Assembly: GCA_029261655.1 (NCBI GenBank)
Contig: JAJDAY010000030.1
Span: forward strand, 4,068 to 68,067
Reading direction: 5' to 3'
DNA length: 64,000 nt
Origin: Nitrospinaceae bacterium
Lineage (GTDB): Bacteria > Nitrospinota > Nitrospinia > Nitrospinales > VA-1
The stretch's first letter is position 1; the number at the start of each line of letters is the position of its first letter. Of the stretch, positions 25,967 through 35,458 are shown one piece after another. Under the pieces are notes generated by a model, which saw nothing but the letters and a program-made list of their open reading frames with translations, did not search any database and was not told the origin of the DNA. The position numbers were made by a program, and so were the translations under genes.

Positions 25967-27207
25967 GGCGAGGGGAGGCGACGTCTGGAGGACAGGAAAT
26001 ACCAGGCCAGCGTTCCGGCAAGAATTAATCCGATGGAATATAAAACCATTTTTGCGATGGTGAGAGCGGAGTCGTGAAAGTTGAAAATAAGAAGCAACAT
26101 CATTCCCACTCCCATAGCCAGAGGCCAGAGGAATTGGAATTGGGACCGGGCCAGACTGTAGATAAAAATAACGTTCGCAACCGCGAGCATGGCCATTGCC
26201 AGACTGATGACTTTCAGCAATTCAGCCCCTGCCTGGTATTTGGCCCCGAACAGCAGGACGATGATTTGTTCCGGCCAAACCGCGCAGACCAGAGCAACGC
26301 ATCCCCCCAGAAATGCGGTCATTGCCAGACTGACCCAAAGGATACGGGAGTCTTCCTTCCCTGTAGCCTGCGCTTTCGACGCCTCCGGGAAAAGCACGAC
26401 GATGAGAACACCCGGAAGGAACAAGGCGATCCTGCCCAGAATCGCGGCGATGGAGTAGAGACCGGCCTCCTCCGGGGAACAATAGTGCTTTACCAAAACA
26501 ATATCCAGATTGCCAAGAGCCATCACCATGGTCGTGGAAAGGAAAACCGGAAACGAATACTTTCGCATCTCAGAAAAAAGGTCATGGGGCAGGGGTTCGC
26601 CAGGCACTTTTAATATATCCCTGACAGCCCACAAACCGATTCCCATGGCGAGGAGCGTGCCGATGGTTCCCGACAGGAGGGCGCCATTGATCCCCCATCC
26701 AAGCGCGAAGACGAGAAGCAAACCCGATAAAAACCGACCGAGCGCAATACTGCTGCCGCAAATTCCAAAGGCGGTGAAGCGGTGCAAGCCCTGAATCACT
26801 CCCATAAAAACCGGGAGCACAAGAGAAAACGCCAATTGGACCAGCATGATCACGATAGGTGTTTTCGATTCCAGATAAAGAAAGCCCTGTAGCCAGGGAA
26901 TCACCGTCAACCCAATCAAAAACATTGCGCCCGCAATGAACACCATTCCGCGCAACCCATCCACCAGGAGTCTCTTGACCTGCTTCAAACCCGTTTCACC
27001 CAACTGAACCGTGTAACGGGAAAATACCAGCGGGAGGACCGCGACGGGAGCGGACAGGATGACAGCCATCGAATTTACGGCATTGAAACTGCCATAGTCT
27101 ATTGTGGACAGACCGCGTCCTGCGACCAGTTGGAACAGATAATTGAAAACATTGCTGGAGTTCAACAGAACCAGGATGAGCATGTTATTGCGCAAAAATC
27201 TACGCAT
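25963..27207 (-). CDS. Second oligosaccharide flippase-family protein
   Basis: About 12 TM helices with NYLFQ...GR.L...DYG and DIVLVKHY...EAGLYS. Confidence 0.85.
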   Translation of the reverse strand: MRRFLRNNMLILVLLNSSNVFNYLFQLVAGRGLSTIDYGSFNAVNSMAVILSAPVAVLPLVFSRYTVQLGETGLKQVKRLLVDGLRGMVFIAGAMFLIGLTVIPWLQGFLYLESKTPIVIMLVQLAFSLVLPVFMGVIQGLHRFTAFGICGSSIALGRFLSGLLLVFALGWGINGALLSGTIGTLLAMGIGLWAVRDILKVPGEPLPHDLFSEMRKYSFPVFLSTTMVMALGNLDIVLVKHYCSPEEAGLYSIAAILGRIALFLPGVLIVVLFPEASKAQATGKEDSRILWVSLAMTAFLGGCVALVCAVWPEQIIVLLFGAKYQAGAELLKVISLAMAMLAVANVIFIYSLARSQFQFLWPLAMGVGMMLLLIFNFHDSALTIAKMVLYSIGLILAGTLAWYFLSSRRRLPSP

Positions 27208-27366
27208 CCATCACCTCATTCATCGTGTTTGCCAATTCGTACTTCTCCGGTATTAAAACTTTAATCAGGGGGAATCATCCAGATAACGCTTGCGGGAATC
27301 AGAACCTTCAAAAGAAAAGAAACGTCATTGTAAATAACGGTGGGAATGAAATCAAAAATTGTTTTT

Positions 27367-27558
27367 TCACTTAAAGCCGTCAGCCACCCATACCACGATG
27401 GAATAAACTATCCACGCCAGAGCGATCAACCCGATGACTGAAGACACTCCGGAATTGAACGGGCTGAAATGGTGAATTTTCAGGGCGGGAATGAAAAAGC
27501 CGATGCTTAAAATCGACATCATTACGATTGCCAGTCGAATAAAACCCTTTCTCTTCAT
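27367..27558 (-). CDS. Small two-TM membrane protein
   Basis: 63 aa with RBS GGGAGA upstream and two hydrophobic helices. Confidence 0.55.
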   Translation of the reverse strand: MKRKGFIRLAIVMMSILSIGFFIPALKIHHFSPFNSGVSSVIGLIALAWIVYSIVVWVADGFK

Positions 27559-27688
27559 ACCAGAAATCTCCCAGTATGGGTATCAAAAAACCGAAGGACG
27601 AACCGGCGGCGCATTTCCGGTTGCGGGGAAAAAATAAAATTCCGGAATGAATCACGACCTTACCCGCAATCACCGGGAAGATTCTGAA

Positions 27689-29083
27689 TCAGATCAGTTT
27701 CGATCTAAATACGATCATTTTTTCTTCCGTCATTTCCAGCATGGTGTCAACGATTCCGCCAACCCCCAAGCCGGAAGCTTTACGGCCCGCAAAAGGCATC
27801 CAGTCAACGCGAAAGGCGGTGTGGTCGTTGACCATCACCGCAGATGCGTTGAGACGTTTGGCGGTGTCCAGCGCCGCGTCAATATTTTTGGTGAAAACCG
27901 CAGATTGAAATGAAAACGGAACCTGATTTGCCCGTTCAATGGCTTCTTGTCGATCTTTGAACGAATAGACATTGATGACCGGACCGAATATTTCTTCCGA
28001 AGATACCTTCGTGTGATCGGGTGGGTTTAAAATGACCGTCGGCGTGTAACAGGTGCTGCCGATTTTTTTACCCCCGGTCAGAATTTCAGCGCCAGCGGAT
28101 TTGGCTTCCTGCACCCATTCATCCACACGGTCAACTTCCTGTTCGGTGATGAGAGGTCCGACTTCCGTCTCTTCATAGATAGGGTCCCCCACCACGAGTT
28201 TTTTCGCCAGCTCGACCAGCGCCCTGGAAAACCTGTCGACGATTTTTTCATGGACGAATATTCTTTGCACGGAAACGCAAACCTGCCCGGCATGGTAAAA
28301 ACCGCCTTTTGCCAGCAAGGGCAGGGCGTCTTCGATATCAGCGTCTTCATCAAGGATGACCGGGGCCGCGCCGCCATGTTCAAGCGAACATCGTGTGCCG
28401 GGCGCCAGTTTGGAACGAAGCCCCCAGCCAACCCTGGCGGAACCTATGAAGGTGAGAAAAGACACTCTGGAGTCGGTCACCAGCTTTTCAGAAGTTGCCC
28501 GATCGGACAAGATGATCCGGCACCAGTCTCCCGGCAGTCCCGCCTCGTAGAGACAACCCACCAGATTGAAACAGGAAAGCGGCGTTGTCGAGGCTGGTTT
28601 TACAATGACCGGACAACCCACAGCGATCGCGGGAATCACCTGATGCACGATCAGGTTGAAGGGGTGATTGAAGGCGCTGACGGCCACGACCACTCCAATG
28701 GGCTCCCGGATGGTGAAGGCCATGCGGTTCGTCGAAGAGGGCGTCAAACCCATGGGGATCTCATGCCCTACCATTTGATTGATGGATCGTGCGGACTCCC
28801 TTATGCCCTGAACCGCGCGGTTGAGTTCGACCCTTGAGTCGATCAGGGGTTTTCCCCCTTCCCGGGCCGCCTGCCGGGTAAATTCATCCATCCGTTCTTC
28901 CACCAGGTCGGCGGTTTTTTCCAGAATCCGGATGCGTTCATGAATCGGAATTGCTTCATCGGCATTGTTCGCCAACCGGTGGGCTTTTTGAAGAGCGTTT
29001 TCCACTTCCTCTTCGTTGTTGAGTTCCAATTCAGAGATCAATTGACCGTCAAACGGAGAAAACACTTTTAACTTTTTTTTCAT
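27689..29083 (-). CDS. Aldehyde dehydrogenase family protein
   Basis: Motifs REPIGVV..SAFNHP, KPAS.TP, FIGS, LEHGG, catalytic GQVCVS and EEIFGP. Confidence 0.95.
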   Translation of the reverse strand: MKKKLKVFSPFDGQLISELELNNEEEVENALQKAHRLANNADEAIPIHERIRILEKTADLVEERMDEFTRQAAREGGKPLIDSRVELNRAVQGIRESARSINQMVGHEIPMGLTPSSTNRMAFTIREPIGVVVAVSAFNHPFNLIVHQVIPAIAVGCPVIVKPASTTPLSCFNLVGCLYEAGLPGDWCRIILSDRATSEKLVTDSRVSFLTFIGSARVGWGLRSKLAPGTRCSLEHGGAAPVILDEDADIEDALPLLAKGGFYHAGQVCVSVQRIFVHEKIVDRFSRALVELAKKLVVGDPIYEETEVGPLITEQEVDRVDEWVQEAKSAGAEILTGGKKIGSTCYTPTVILNPPDHTKVSSEEIFGPVINVYSFKDRQEAIERANQVPFSFQSAVFTKNIDAALDTAKRLNASAVMVNDHTAFRVDWMPFAGRKASGLGVGGIVDTMLEMTEEKMIVFRSKLI

Positions 29084-29110
29084 TGATGGCTCCCCATATT
29101 TATTCGAACT

Positions 29111-30751
29111 TTATAAAACTTCTGTTTTCCTTTTGAGTTCTTCGATCAACACGCGCTCATTTTCGGAATAATCAACAGGAACCTCTACAAGATGGACGCC
29201 TGGTGAATTCAAACAACCTTTAAGGACTTGACCCAACTGATCGGTGCTACCTACTCGATGCCCATTGGCGCCGTAAGCCTCGGCATACTTGACAAAATCC
29301 GGGTTGCCATAGTCCAAACCAAAATTCTGAAAATTCATTGCCGCTTGTTTCCATTTGATCATTCCGTAAGCGTTGTCACGCAGAATGACAATGACGAGGT
29401 CCAGTTTCAAACGGACGGCGGTTTCCATTTCCTGAGAGTTCATCATGAAACCCCCGTCGCCGCAAATCGCCATCACTTTTCTTTTCGGGTGAACGATCTT
29501 AGCCGCCATGGCGGATGGGAATCCTGCGCCCATAGTGGCTAACGCGTTGTCCAGCAACACCGTGTTGGTGGAATACGCCTTATAGTTTCTGGCAAACCAG
29601 ATTTTGTAAATGCCGTTGTCCAGGGCAATGATCCCGTCATCGGGCATGACACTCCGAACCTCGGCCACCAGGTGTTGAGGAACGATGGGGAAGCGGCTGT
29701 CCTCACTTTTTTCATTGATATGAATTTCGACTTGTTCCCGGACCCGTTCAAAATAACTGAAGTCCCAATGGTCGCATTTTTTCAGACGAGCCGAAATGGC
29801 TTCTATGCTGCTGGCGATATCTCCCACGACATCCAGCTGGGGAAAATAAACCTCATCCAGGCGGGCCGTGAAATAATTGACGTGAATGACACGGGCTCCG
29901 CCTTTCTCCATGAAAAACGGTGGTTTTTCGATCACATCGTGGCCGACATTAATGATCAGGTCGGCTTTGTCGATAGCATAGTGCAGGTAATCATCGTTGG
30001 ATAACGCCGCTGTTCCCAGGAAATTGAGATGTCTTTCATCGACCACGCCTTTTCCCATCTGGGTGTTGAAAAAATATATTCCGCTTCGATCGATCAAGTC
30101 GCGCAAAGCCTCGCTGGTGCGGTTTCGATTGGCTCCTGCTCCAATCAAGAGGAGCGGCATTTTAGACTCCTGGATCATGCTCACGGCTTTTTCTACGGCC
30201 AGCGCATCCGGGTGCGGACGTCGGGGATGAAAAATTTCAAAAGGCCCGGTCGAACATTCCTCGGCGGCAATGTCTTCCGGTAACTCGATATGAACGGCAC
30301 CGGGGCGTTCTTCCTGAGAGAGCCTGACCGCCTCGCGGACGATCTGCGGGATGCTGTTTCCGTGCACCACCTGTTTGGTGTATTTTGTCAAAGGTCGCAT
30401 CATTTCGACAACGTCGATGATTTGAAAGCGGCCTTGTTTGCTTTTTTTGATGGGTTTTTGTCCGGAAATCATCAGGATCGGCATAGCGCCCAACTGGGCG
30501 TATGCGCTTGCGGTCACGAAATTTGTCACCCCCGGTCCGAGAGTGGACAGGCAAACGCCGACCTTCCCGGTCAGACGCCCGAAGGTGGCGGCCATGAACC
30601 CCGCCGCCTGCTCATGGCGGGTCAGAATGAGCTTGATGTTTGATTCTCTCAGGGATTCCAGAAAATCCAGGTTTTCTTCTCCAGGAATCCCAAAAATATA
30701 CTCCACGCCTTCATTTTCAAGTGATCGGACAAAAAGGTCGGACGCTTTCAT
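29111..30751 (-). CDS. ThDP-dependent acetolactate synthase-like enzyme (possible 2-oxoacid decarboxylase)
   Basis: Motifs ENEGVEYIFGIPGEEN, RHEQAAGFMA, STLGPG and GDGGF...N. No regulatory ilvN/ilvH subunit nearby. Confidence 0.9.
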   Translation of the reverse strand: MKASDLFVRSLENEGVEYIFGIPGEENLDFLESLRESNIKLILTRHEQAAGFMAATFGRLTGKVGVCLSTLGPGVTNFVTASAYAQLGAMPILMISGQKPIKKSKQGRFQIIDVVEMMRPLTKYTKQVVHGNSIPQIVREAVRLSQEERPGAVHIELPEDIAAEECSTGPFEIFHPRRPHPDALAVEKAVSMIQESKMPLLLIGAGANRNRTSEALRDLIDRSGIYFFNTQMGKGVVDERHLNFLGTAALSNDDYLHYAIDKADLIINVGHDVIEKPPFFMEKGGARVIHVNYFTARLDEVYFPQLDVVGDIASSIEAISARLKKCDHWDFSYFERVREQVEIHINEKSEDSRFPIVPQHLVAEVRSVMPDDGIIALDNGIYKIWFARNYKAYSTNTVLLDNALATMGAGFPSAMAAKIVHPKRKVMAICGDGGFMMNSQEMETAVRLKLDLVIVILRDNAYGMIKWKQAAMNFQNFGLDYGNPDFVKYAEAYGANGHRVGSTDQLGQVLKGCLNSPGVHLVEVPVDYSENERVLIEELKRKTEVL

Positions 30752-30873
30752 GAATCACACCTCTACAATTCTAGCAATGGTTTTTGGGGCAAACGGGAAC
30801 TGGGGAAACGCCCGTTTTAAGTTTGTCGAACACACCCCCAAGTTCTTACACGTCCCTTTCTATCGAGGTCTTT

Positions 30874-31272
30874 TTAGCTCGGCCTTTTTAAGCCCATCTT
30901 CTTGATTTTTGGGTTGAGGGTGGTGGGTTTTAATCCCAACAGTTCCGTCACTCCGTCAGACCCGAGATTTTCCAGTCCCACTGATTCAAGGCATTTATTA
31001 TATTCTCCTGATAATATAATTCCATTTCCTTTTCAGTGAAGATACGGGTTTCGGCAACTCTTTTTTTTGAACCCTCGCTGGAACTGTTTTTCGGGTGTTT
31101 TTCCCGTCATTCGACAGATTAAACGAAAGTTTACCGGATCGGGATATTATAACCGCTCGCTCAATCACGTTTTGCAGTTCCCGGACATTGCCCGGCCAAT
31201 CGTAGCCTTGCAGTTCAATGATATTGGCCTGAGTCAGCCTGGGAAGGGGCGCGCTTAATTTTTTAGCCGCCC
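30874..31272 (-). pseudogene. Remnant of a sigma54-dependent (FhlA/NtrC-type) activator: end of the AAA+ domain plus Fis HTH, frameshifted
   Basis: Minus strand reads [22 protein letters not shown]. It shifts frame, probably at an A8 run, to [17 protein letters not shown] and shifts again to DGVTELLGLKPTTL..KIKKMGL*. The N-terminal part is absent. Confidence 0.85.
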
Positions 31273-31312
31273 ATGAATGTGTCTTTTACGTGCCTGGGGA
31301 GAATGGAAAATA

Positions 31313-31348
31313 CTGTTGTTTGCGCTCAGTTGCCGTGAGGTGCAACAG
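31313..31348 (-). terminator. Possible terminator downstream of the recombinase gene
   Basis: Minus strand CTGTTG...CTCA...TGAG...CAACAG followed by TATTTT. Confidence 0.35.
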
Positions 31349-31498
31349 GTTTTTTAAGACGCCGCCGAAATCATTCATGAATTGTCAGGGGGGAAACGAT
31401 CCAGAGACAACATCAACGTTGTTCACACAGTGGACAGCACCTGAAATCTCGCCGGTCAATAGATGACCCAAACCGATTGGCGGTGCGATTGCCAGGGG

Positions 31499-32308
31499 CT
31501 AACCCATCAGCTTGACGGGCTTGGCCCGACGAAGCCCCAGCAGGTTTTGCACAACGCTTGGGTCGGTCCCGGCTTTCACCATGAACGCTCCAAAGGAATG
31601 TCTGAGAGAATGGGGCGTGGCCAGTTTCTGCACTCCGGAAATCGCCAATGCGGATTTGAAAAATTTTGCCACCGCGCGGGTTGTCAGCGGTCCCCCCCGT
31701 TCACTGGGGAAAAGCAGGCTTTCCGGGTCTTTATTCCCTATCTGCCTGGCCAAAGCGTCCTTGAGACTGCCTGAAAAAATCGTCGTGCGTCCTTCGCTTT
31801 TGACATCCTGGGCGGGAACAAATAATTTGAGATTCGCAATGTCCAGATGTTTGACACGCACATTGACGACTTCGGAAACCCGCAGGCCCGCCGTATAACC
31901 AAGCTCAATCATGAGCCGATGCTTCGGGTTCTCGGCTGAGATGGCGATGCGTTTCACCTCGTCCAGAGTCAGGAGAACGGGGGCGGGTTTTTTCTTGGGT
32001 GGCCTGTGAAACCCGTCTAAGTCCAGGGATTGATTGAGGAGGAATTTGCAAAAAAAGCTCAAGGCGTTCACCGCCTGGTCAATCGTGGAACGGGACAGGT
32101 CGCTGACGGCCAGCTGATCGAGGTAAGTCCGTATATCTTCCTGGGTGATTGAATGGAGTTCCCCCGGTTGAATCTGGCGCATGAAAATATTCAATTGGCC
32201 TAAATAGGCCTTTATCGTCTGGGGACTGTAATTTTCCGCGTCCAGTTCAGCGCGTACGCGGGTCAGAAGGTTGCTGATTGGCAGGGGATGTGAAATCACT
32301 TGGCTCAT
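31499..32308 (-). CDS. Tyrosine recombinase/integrase-family protein lacking the C-terminal catalytic His/Tyr
   Basis: RBS AAGGAG before ATG 32308. N-terminal SAM-like domain (NYSPQTIKAY), GYTAGLRVSE and TPHSLRHSF. Ends LLGLRRAKPVKLMG*, so there is no LLGH...Y motif. Confidence 0.85.
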   Translation of the reverse strand: MSQVISHPLPISNLLTRVRAELDAENYSPQTIKAYLGQLNIFMRQIQPGELHSITQEDIRTYLDQLAVSDLSRSTIDQAVNALSFFCKFLLNQSLDLDGFHRPPKKKPAPVLLTLDEVKRIAISAENPKHRLMIELGYTAGLRVSEVVNVRVKHLDIANLKLFVPAQDVKSEGRTTIFSGSLKDALARQIGNKDPESLLFPSERGGPLTTRAVAKFFKSALAISGVQKLATPHSLRHSFGAFMVKAGTDPSVVQNLLGLRRAKPVKLMG

Positions 32309-32537
32309 GATGGTCTCCTTCAAAGGGGGACGGGAGTGCCCTCTTCGGTTGTGTGGGGAAGTCTGGAAAGACCCCGGATCTGATTCAGGCGTTATAAAAA
32401 TGACGGATCAATCCGGATACGACCGCCAGTTCATTCTGCGGCCTCATCTTTGAAGTAAATATAGAAAATTAAGACGGGCCGGTCAAGCAAAATCATGACC
32501 GCAAAAGGATGTTATCTGTTTGAAATCAAATTAGCTA

Positions 32538-33620
32538 CTAGCTTCGAGGGGGGGCGCTGAACAAATCCGAATCCTTATATTTAAGCACCCCGCGGCGCAT
32601 CAGCACATTGAGCACGGCGACGGTGGGAACCCCCAGGATGATTCCCGTCAGTCCAAACAACTCCCCCCCCAAAAGAACCGCGAATATGACGGCGACCGGA
32701 TGCAGACCGATATTTTCACCCAATATGCGCGGGGTGATGATCACGCCTTCCAGGATTTGCACCACGCCAAACACCCCCAGCACTGCAAAAACGGGCGCCC
32801 ATTCCTGAACCTGCAGGTAGGTCAAAACCGCGGCGGGAACAAAACCCACGACGAACCCAAGGTAGGGAACCAGACTCGCGAAACCCGCGAGGAACCCAAT
32901 GAAAAGACTCATGGGAGTGCCAACCATGTAAAGACCTATTGAATACAGACCGCCCATTAAAACCGCCACCATCAACTGACCGCGAACAAAACTTGCGAGC
33001 ACAAGATCGACCTCTGAAACCGTGTCCACGACTGTGTCTTTGAGCCGTGGTGGAATCAGGTTCAGACTTTTTTCCTGGATCTTGTCGTAATCCCGCAATA
33101 GATAAAACATGACGACTGGAATGATCACCAGATTCGCCGTCATCAAAATAATGTCAAACAGGTTTGAAAGGGAACTCCAGAGGAAAGAAGAAGCGAACGT
33201 CAGAATTTTCAGGGGAAGCTCGCCAAATTGGGCCATGCCTTCGTTTAGCAACTCCTTGATTTTAGCCTGATCGAGGCCCGCGACCTTCTCCAGAACCGGG
33301 CGGATCCAGTTTTGCACCACCGCGATATATTTTGGCAGGTTTTTCGCCAGATTTTCCGCCTGGACCCTTAACAGCGGAAAAACCAACAGGCCGGCTCCCA
33401 GAATCGAGGTGAAGAAAACGGTCATCAGGGAAAGGACGGACAGGGTCCGCGACAGTTTCCATTTTTCCATGCGGTCGACCACAGGGTCCAACAGATAGGC
33501 CAGGGCAAACGCCACAAAAAACGGGATGATCACGCGCCGTGAATAATACAAAAAAATCGCCGTTAGGCCCAGGATGGCAAGGGCTAGGAAAATGGCCTGA
33601 TAATTTGTTTTCCGTTCCAT
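32538..33620 (-). CDS. AI-2E family transporter
   Basis: Motifs PFFVAFALAYLLDPVV, FVRGQL, VPYLG, EG.IITPRILG and GLHPV. Confidence 0.92.
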   Translation of the reverse strand: MERKTNYQAIFLALAILGLTAIFLYYSRRVIIPFFVAFALAYLLDPVVDRMEKWKLSRTLSVLSLMTVFFTSILGAGLLVFPLLRVQAENLAKNLPKYIAVVQNWIRPVLEKVAGLDQAKIKELLNEGMAQFGELPLKILTFASSFLWSSLSNLFDIILMTANLVIIPVVMFYLLRDYDKIQEKSLNLIPPRLKDTVVDTVSEVDLVLASFVRGQLMVAVLMGGLYSIGLYMVGTPMSLFIGFLAGFASLVPYLGFVVGFVPAAVLTYLQVQEWAPVFAVLGVFGVVQILEGVIITPRILGENIGLHPVAVIFAVLLGGELFGLTGIILGVPTVAVLNVLMRRGVLKYKDSDLFSAPPRS

Positions 33621-33623
33621 GCG

Positions 33624-34622
33624 TTAGAGATCTTCCATGGATGAAGGCGGCAGGACTGGTGACGGCAGATTGGGCTGGCTGCCTTGAACATCCCGAGAGG
33701 CGGATGGGGCATTCCAGTAGCGGTCAAGCGAACGCAATAAAAATTCAGAAAGCTTCCGGCTGGCGTCCCCAAAGGCTTCCAGCTCGCCCGCAAGCAGTTC
33801 TTCATTGCGCGCGGTCGCGAACTCGCTTTTTGCCGCGATGACGGTCGATGTCAGAGCCGAAATCATGCGCACGCTGATCGTGGTTTGAATCGCGGAATCC
33901 GTCGATTCAATCTGGCTCTCCACCCGGTTGGACACCGAGTTGCCCAAAATAACGATATCAGCCCCGACTTTCAAGCCAATCTGGACAGCAGAATTCACAT
34001 CTCCCTTAACGGCGCTCAATACATTTTCTTCAGACACGGCGTCTTTAATCAGGTCGCGGGGAATCAGGGTCACACCTCTTTCGGCAAAGTTTTGCGCCAG
34101 AGCCGCTTCCGAAATTGGCAGGGTATCCCAGAAGGAAATCGATTCCTCGGAGGTGAGGCTTTTTTCGGATATCAATATGACCACCTTTTTAGAACTCACG
34201 CTTCCCACCGCGATCCCGGTATTGCTCAAAGAACTGCCGAGGGCATTGGGGAAAAGAGTCACCTGCATGACCACCTGGCTGGTTTTCCCGATCGGATCGT
34301 CCTCAGCCTCGATGAACCGGTAACTCTGCACATAGCGCTCGGCATGTTTCAGGGTGTCGCGGAAGTTTTTTTGGTTGGCATCAAATTTTTCATTTCCTAA
34401 AAAATCTCTGAGAGCCTTTTCCAGAGCCGATTTGAACCCCTGAGACACGGCCAGTTCTCTCGCTTTGCCAAAGTCATTGCCGAGAACAGAAATCCGGGCG
34501 TCGACCTGATACGTCAACTTGACCGGCCCCTGAGCGAGACTCTGGGTCGGGGAAAATAAGAACCCGCCGAAAAGGAGCATTGCCAGCACAAGAAATGTCT
34601 TTTTTATATGCAAGGAATTCAA
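33624..34622 (-). CDS. Exported hypothetical protein (FlgT-N/CsgG-like alpha/beta domains)
   Basis: Signal peptide ending SLA|Q, ARELAVSQG..SALE and AVQIGLKVGADIVILG. Family assignment is tentative. Confidence 0.6.
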   Translation of the reverse strand: MNSLHIKKTFLVLAMLLFGGFLFSPTQSLAQGPVKLTYQVDARISVLGNDFGKARELAVSQGFKSALEKALRDFLGNEKFDANQKNFRDTLKHAERYVQSYRFIEAEDDPIGKTSQVVMQVTLFPNALGSSLSNTGIAVGSVSSKKVVILISEKSLTSEESISFWDTLPISEAALAQNFAERGVTLIPRDLIKDAVSEENVLSAVKGDVNSAVQIGLKVGADIVILGNSVSNRVESQIESTDSAIQTTISVRMISALTSTVIAAKSEFATARNEELLAGELEAFGDASRKLSEFLLRSLDRYWNAPSASRDVQGSQPNLPSPVLPPSSMEDL

Positions 34623-34703
34623 TTGATTTTTTCGGTGTTCTTAAAATTACGAAAATAAAAAATGGATGGCGTGCCATCGACCCTGCTCAACCTGGGGAAA
34701 TTT

Positions 34704-35435
34704 TCAGACACTTTGGCTGACGGCTTTATAAAGTGATTTGATTTCCCTGGGTGAAAGAAAACGGCAACTTCCCAGAGGCAAGCCGGTCAGGTTTAATTTG
34801 CAAAAATGAGTTCTCTTCAACTTTATGACCGGATGCCCGATCATTTCACAGACCCGTTTTATGTGGCGGTTTTTTCCTTCCGTCAGGGTCATGGTCAAAA
34901 TACAATTTTTCCCCGTGGTTCGGAATACTTTTATTTTAATGGGCGCCGTTGGAATTTTATCCAATCGAATTCCCTTGCCGACCCGTTTCAGTTTTTTTTC
35001 ATCAGGAATTCCCTTGACCTTGACCTGATAGACGCGCTCCATCTGATATTTGGGTTCGAGTAATTTCCGGGCAAGATGACCGTCGTTGGTGAACAACAAA
35101 ATCCCCTGCGTGTTGTAGTCCAGGCGTCCGACAGGAAAAACCCGCACCGGTACTTTTTCAACGAAGTCCATCACCGTTCGCCGACCGCGCGCGTCTTTTT
35201 TGGTGGTGGTCAGGCAACTGGGGGGTTTGTTGAGAATGACAAAAGATTTTTCCTCGGGCGGAGGAACCAGCTTCCCCCTGACTTTGATTTTATCCACGGC
35301 AGGGTCCGCAAGGGAACCCAATAAGGTGACGGTTTTGCCGTTCACCTGAACCAGGCCCTGGGCGATCCATTGTTCCGCTTCCCGGCGTGAAGCAAACCCC
35401 GCCTCGGCAATGATTTTCTGCAGGCGCGTTTTCAT
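34704..35435 (-). CDS. rluB: rRNA pseudouridine synthase (RluB/RsuA family)
   Basis: S4 domain RLQKIIAEAGFASRR, NKP, PVGRLD and EGKNR. Lies downstream of scpB. Confidence 0.9.
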   Translation of the reverse strand: MKTRLQKIIAEAGFASRREAEQWIAQGLVQVNGKTVTLLGSLADPAVDKIKVRGKLVPPPEEKSFVILNKPPSCLTTTKKDARGRRTVMDFVEKVPVRVFPVGRLDYNTQGILLFTNDGHLARKLLEPKYQMERVYQVKVKGIPDEKKLKRVGKGIRLDKIPTAPIKIKVFRTTGKNCILTMTLTEGKNRHIKRVCEMIGHPVIKLKRTHFCKLNLTGLPLGSCRFLSPREIKSLYKAVSQSV

Positions 35436-35458
35436 TTAATATTGATCCTTTGAGCGCC

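Noticed and set aside
31067-31258. 63-aa plus-strand ORF
   Set aside because: It is the antisense shadow of the sigma54-activator pseudogene.
31280-32530. Integron (intI with attI/attC) or prophage att site
   Set aside because: The recombinase lacks the IntI-specific insertion and the catalytic Tyr. I found no attC-like cassette array, tRNA or flanking direct repeats.
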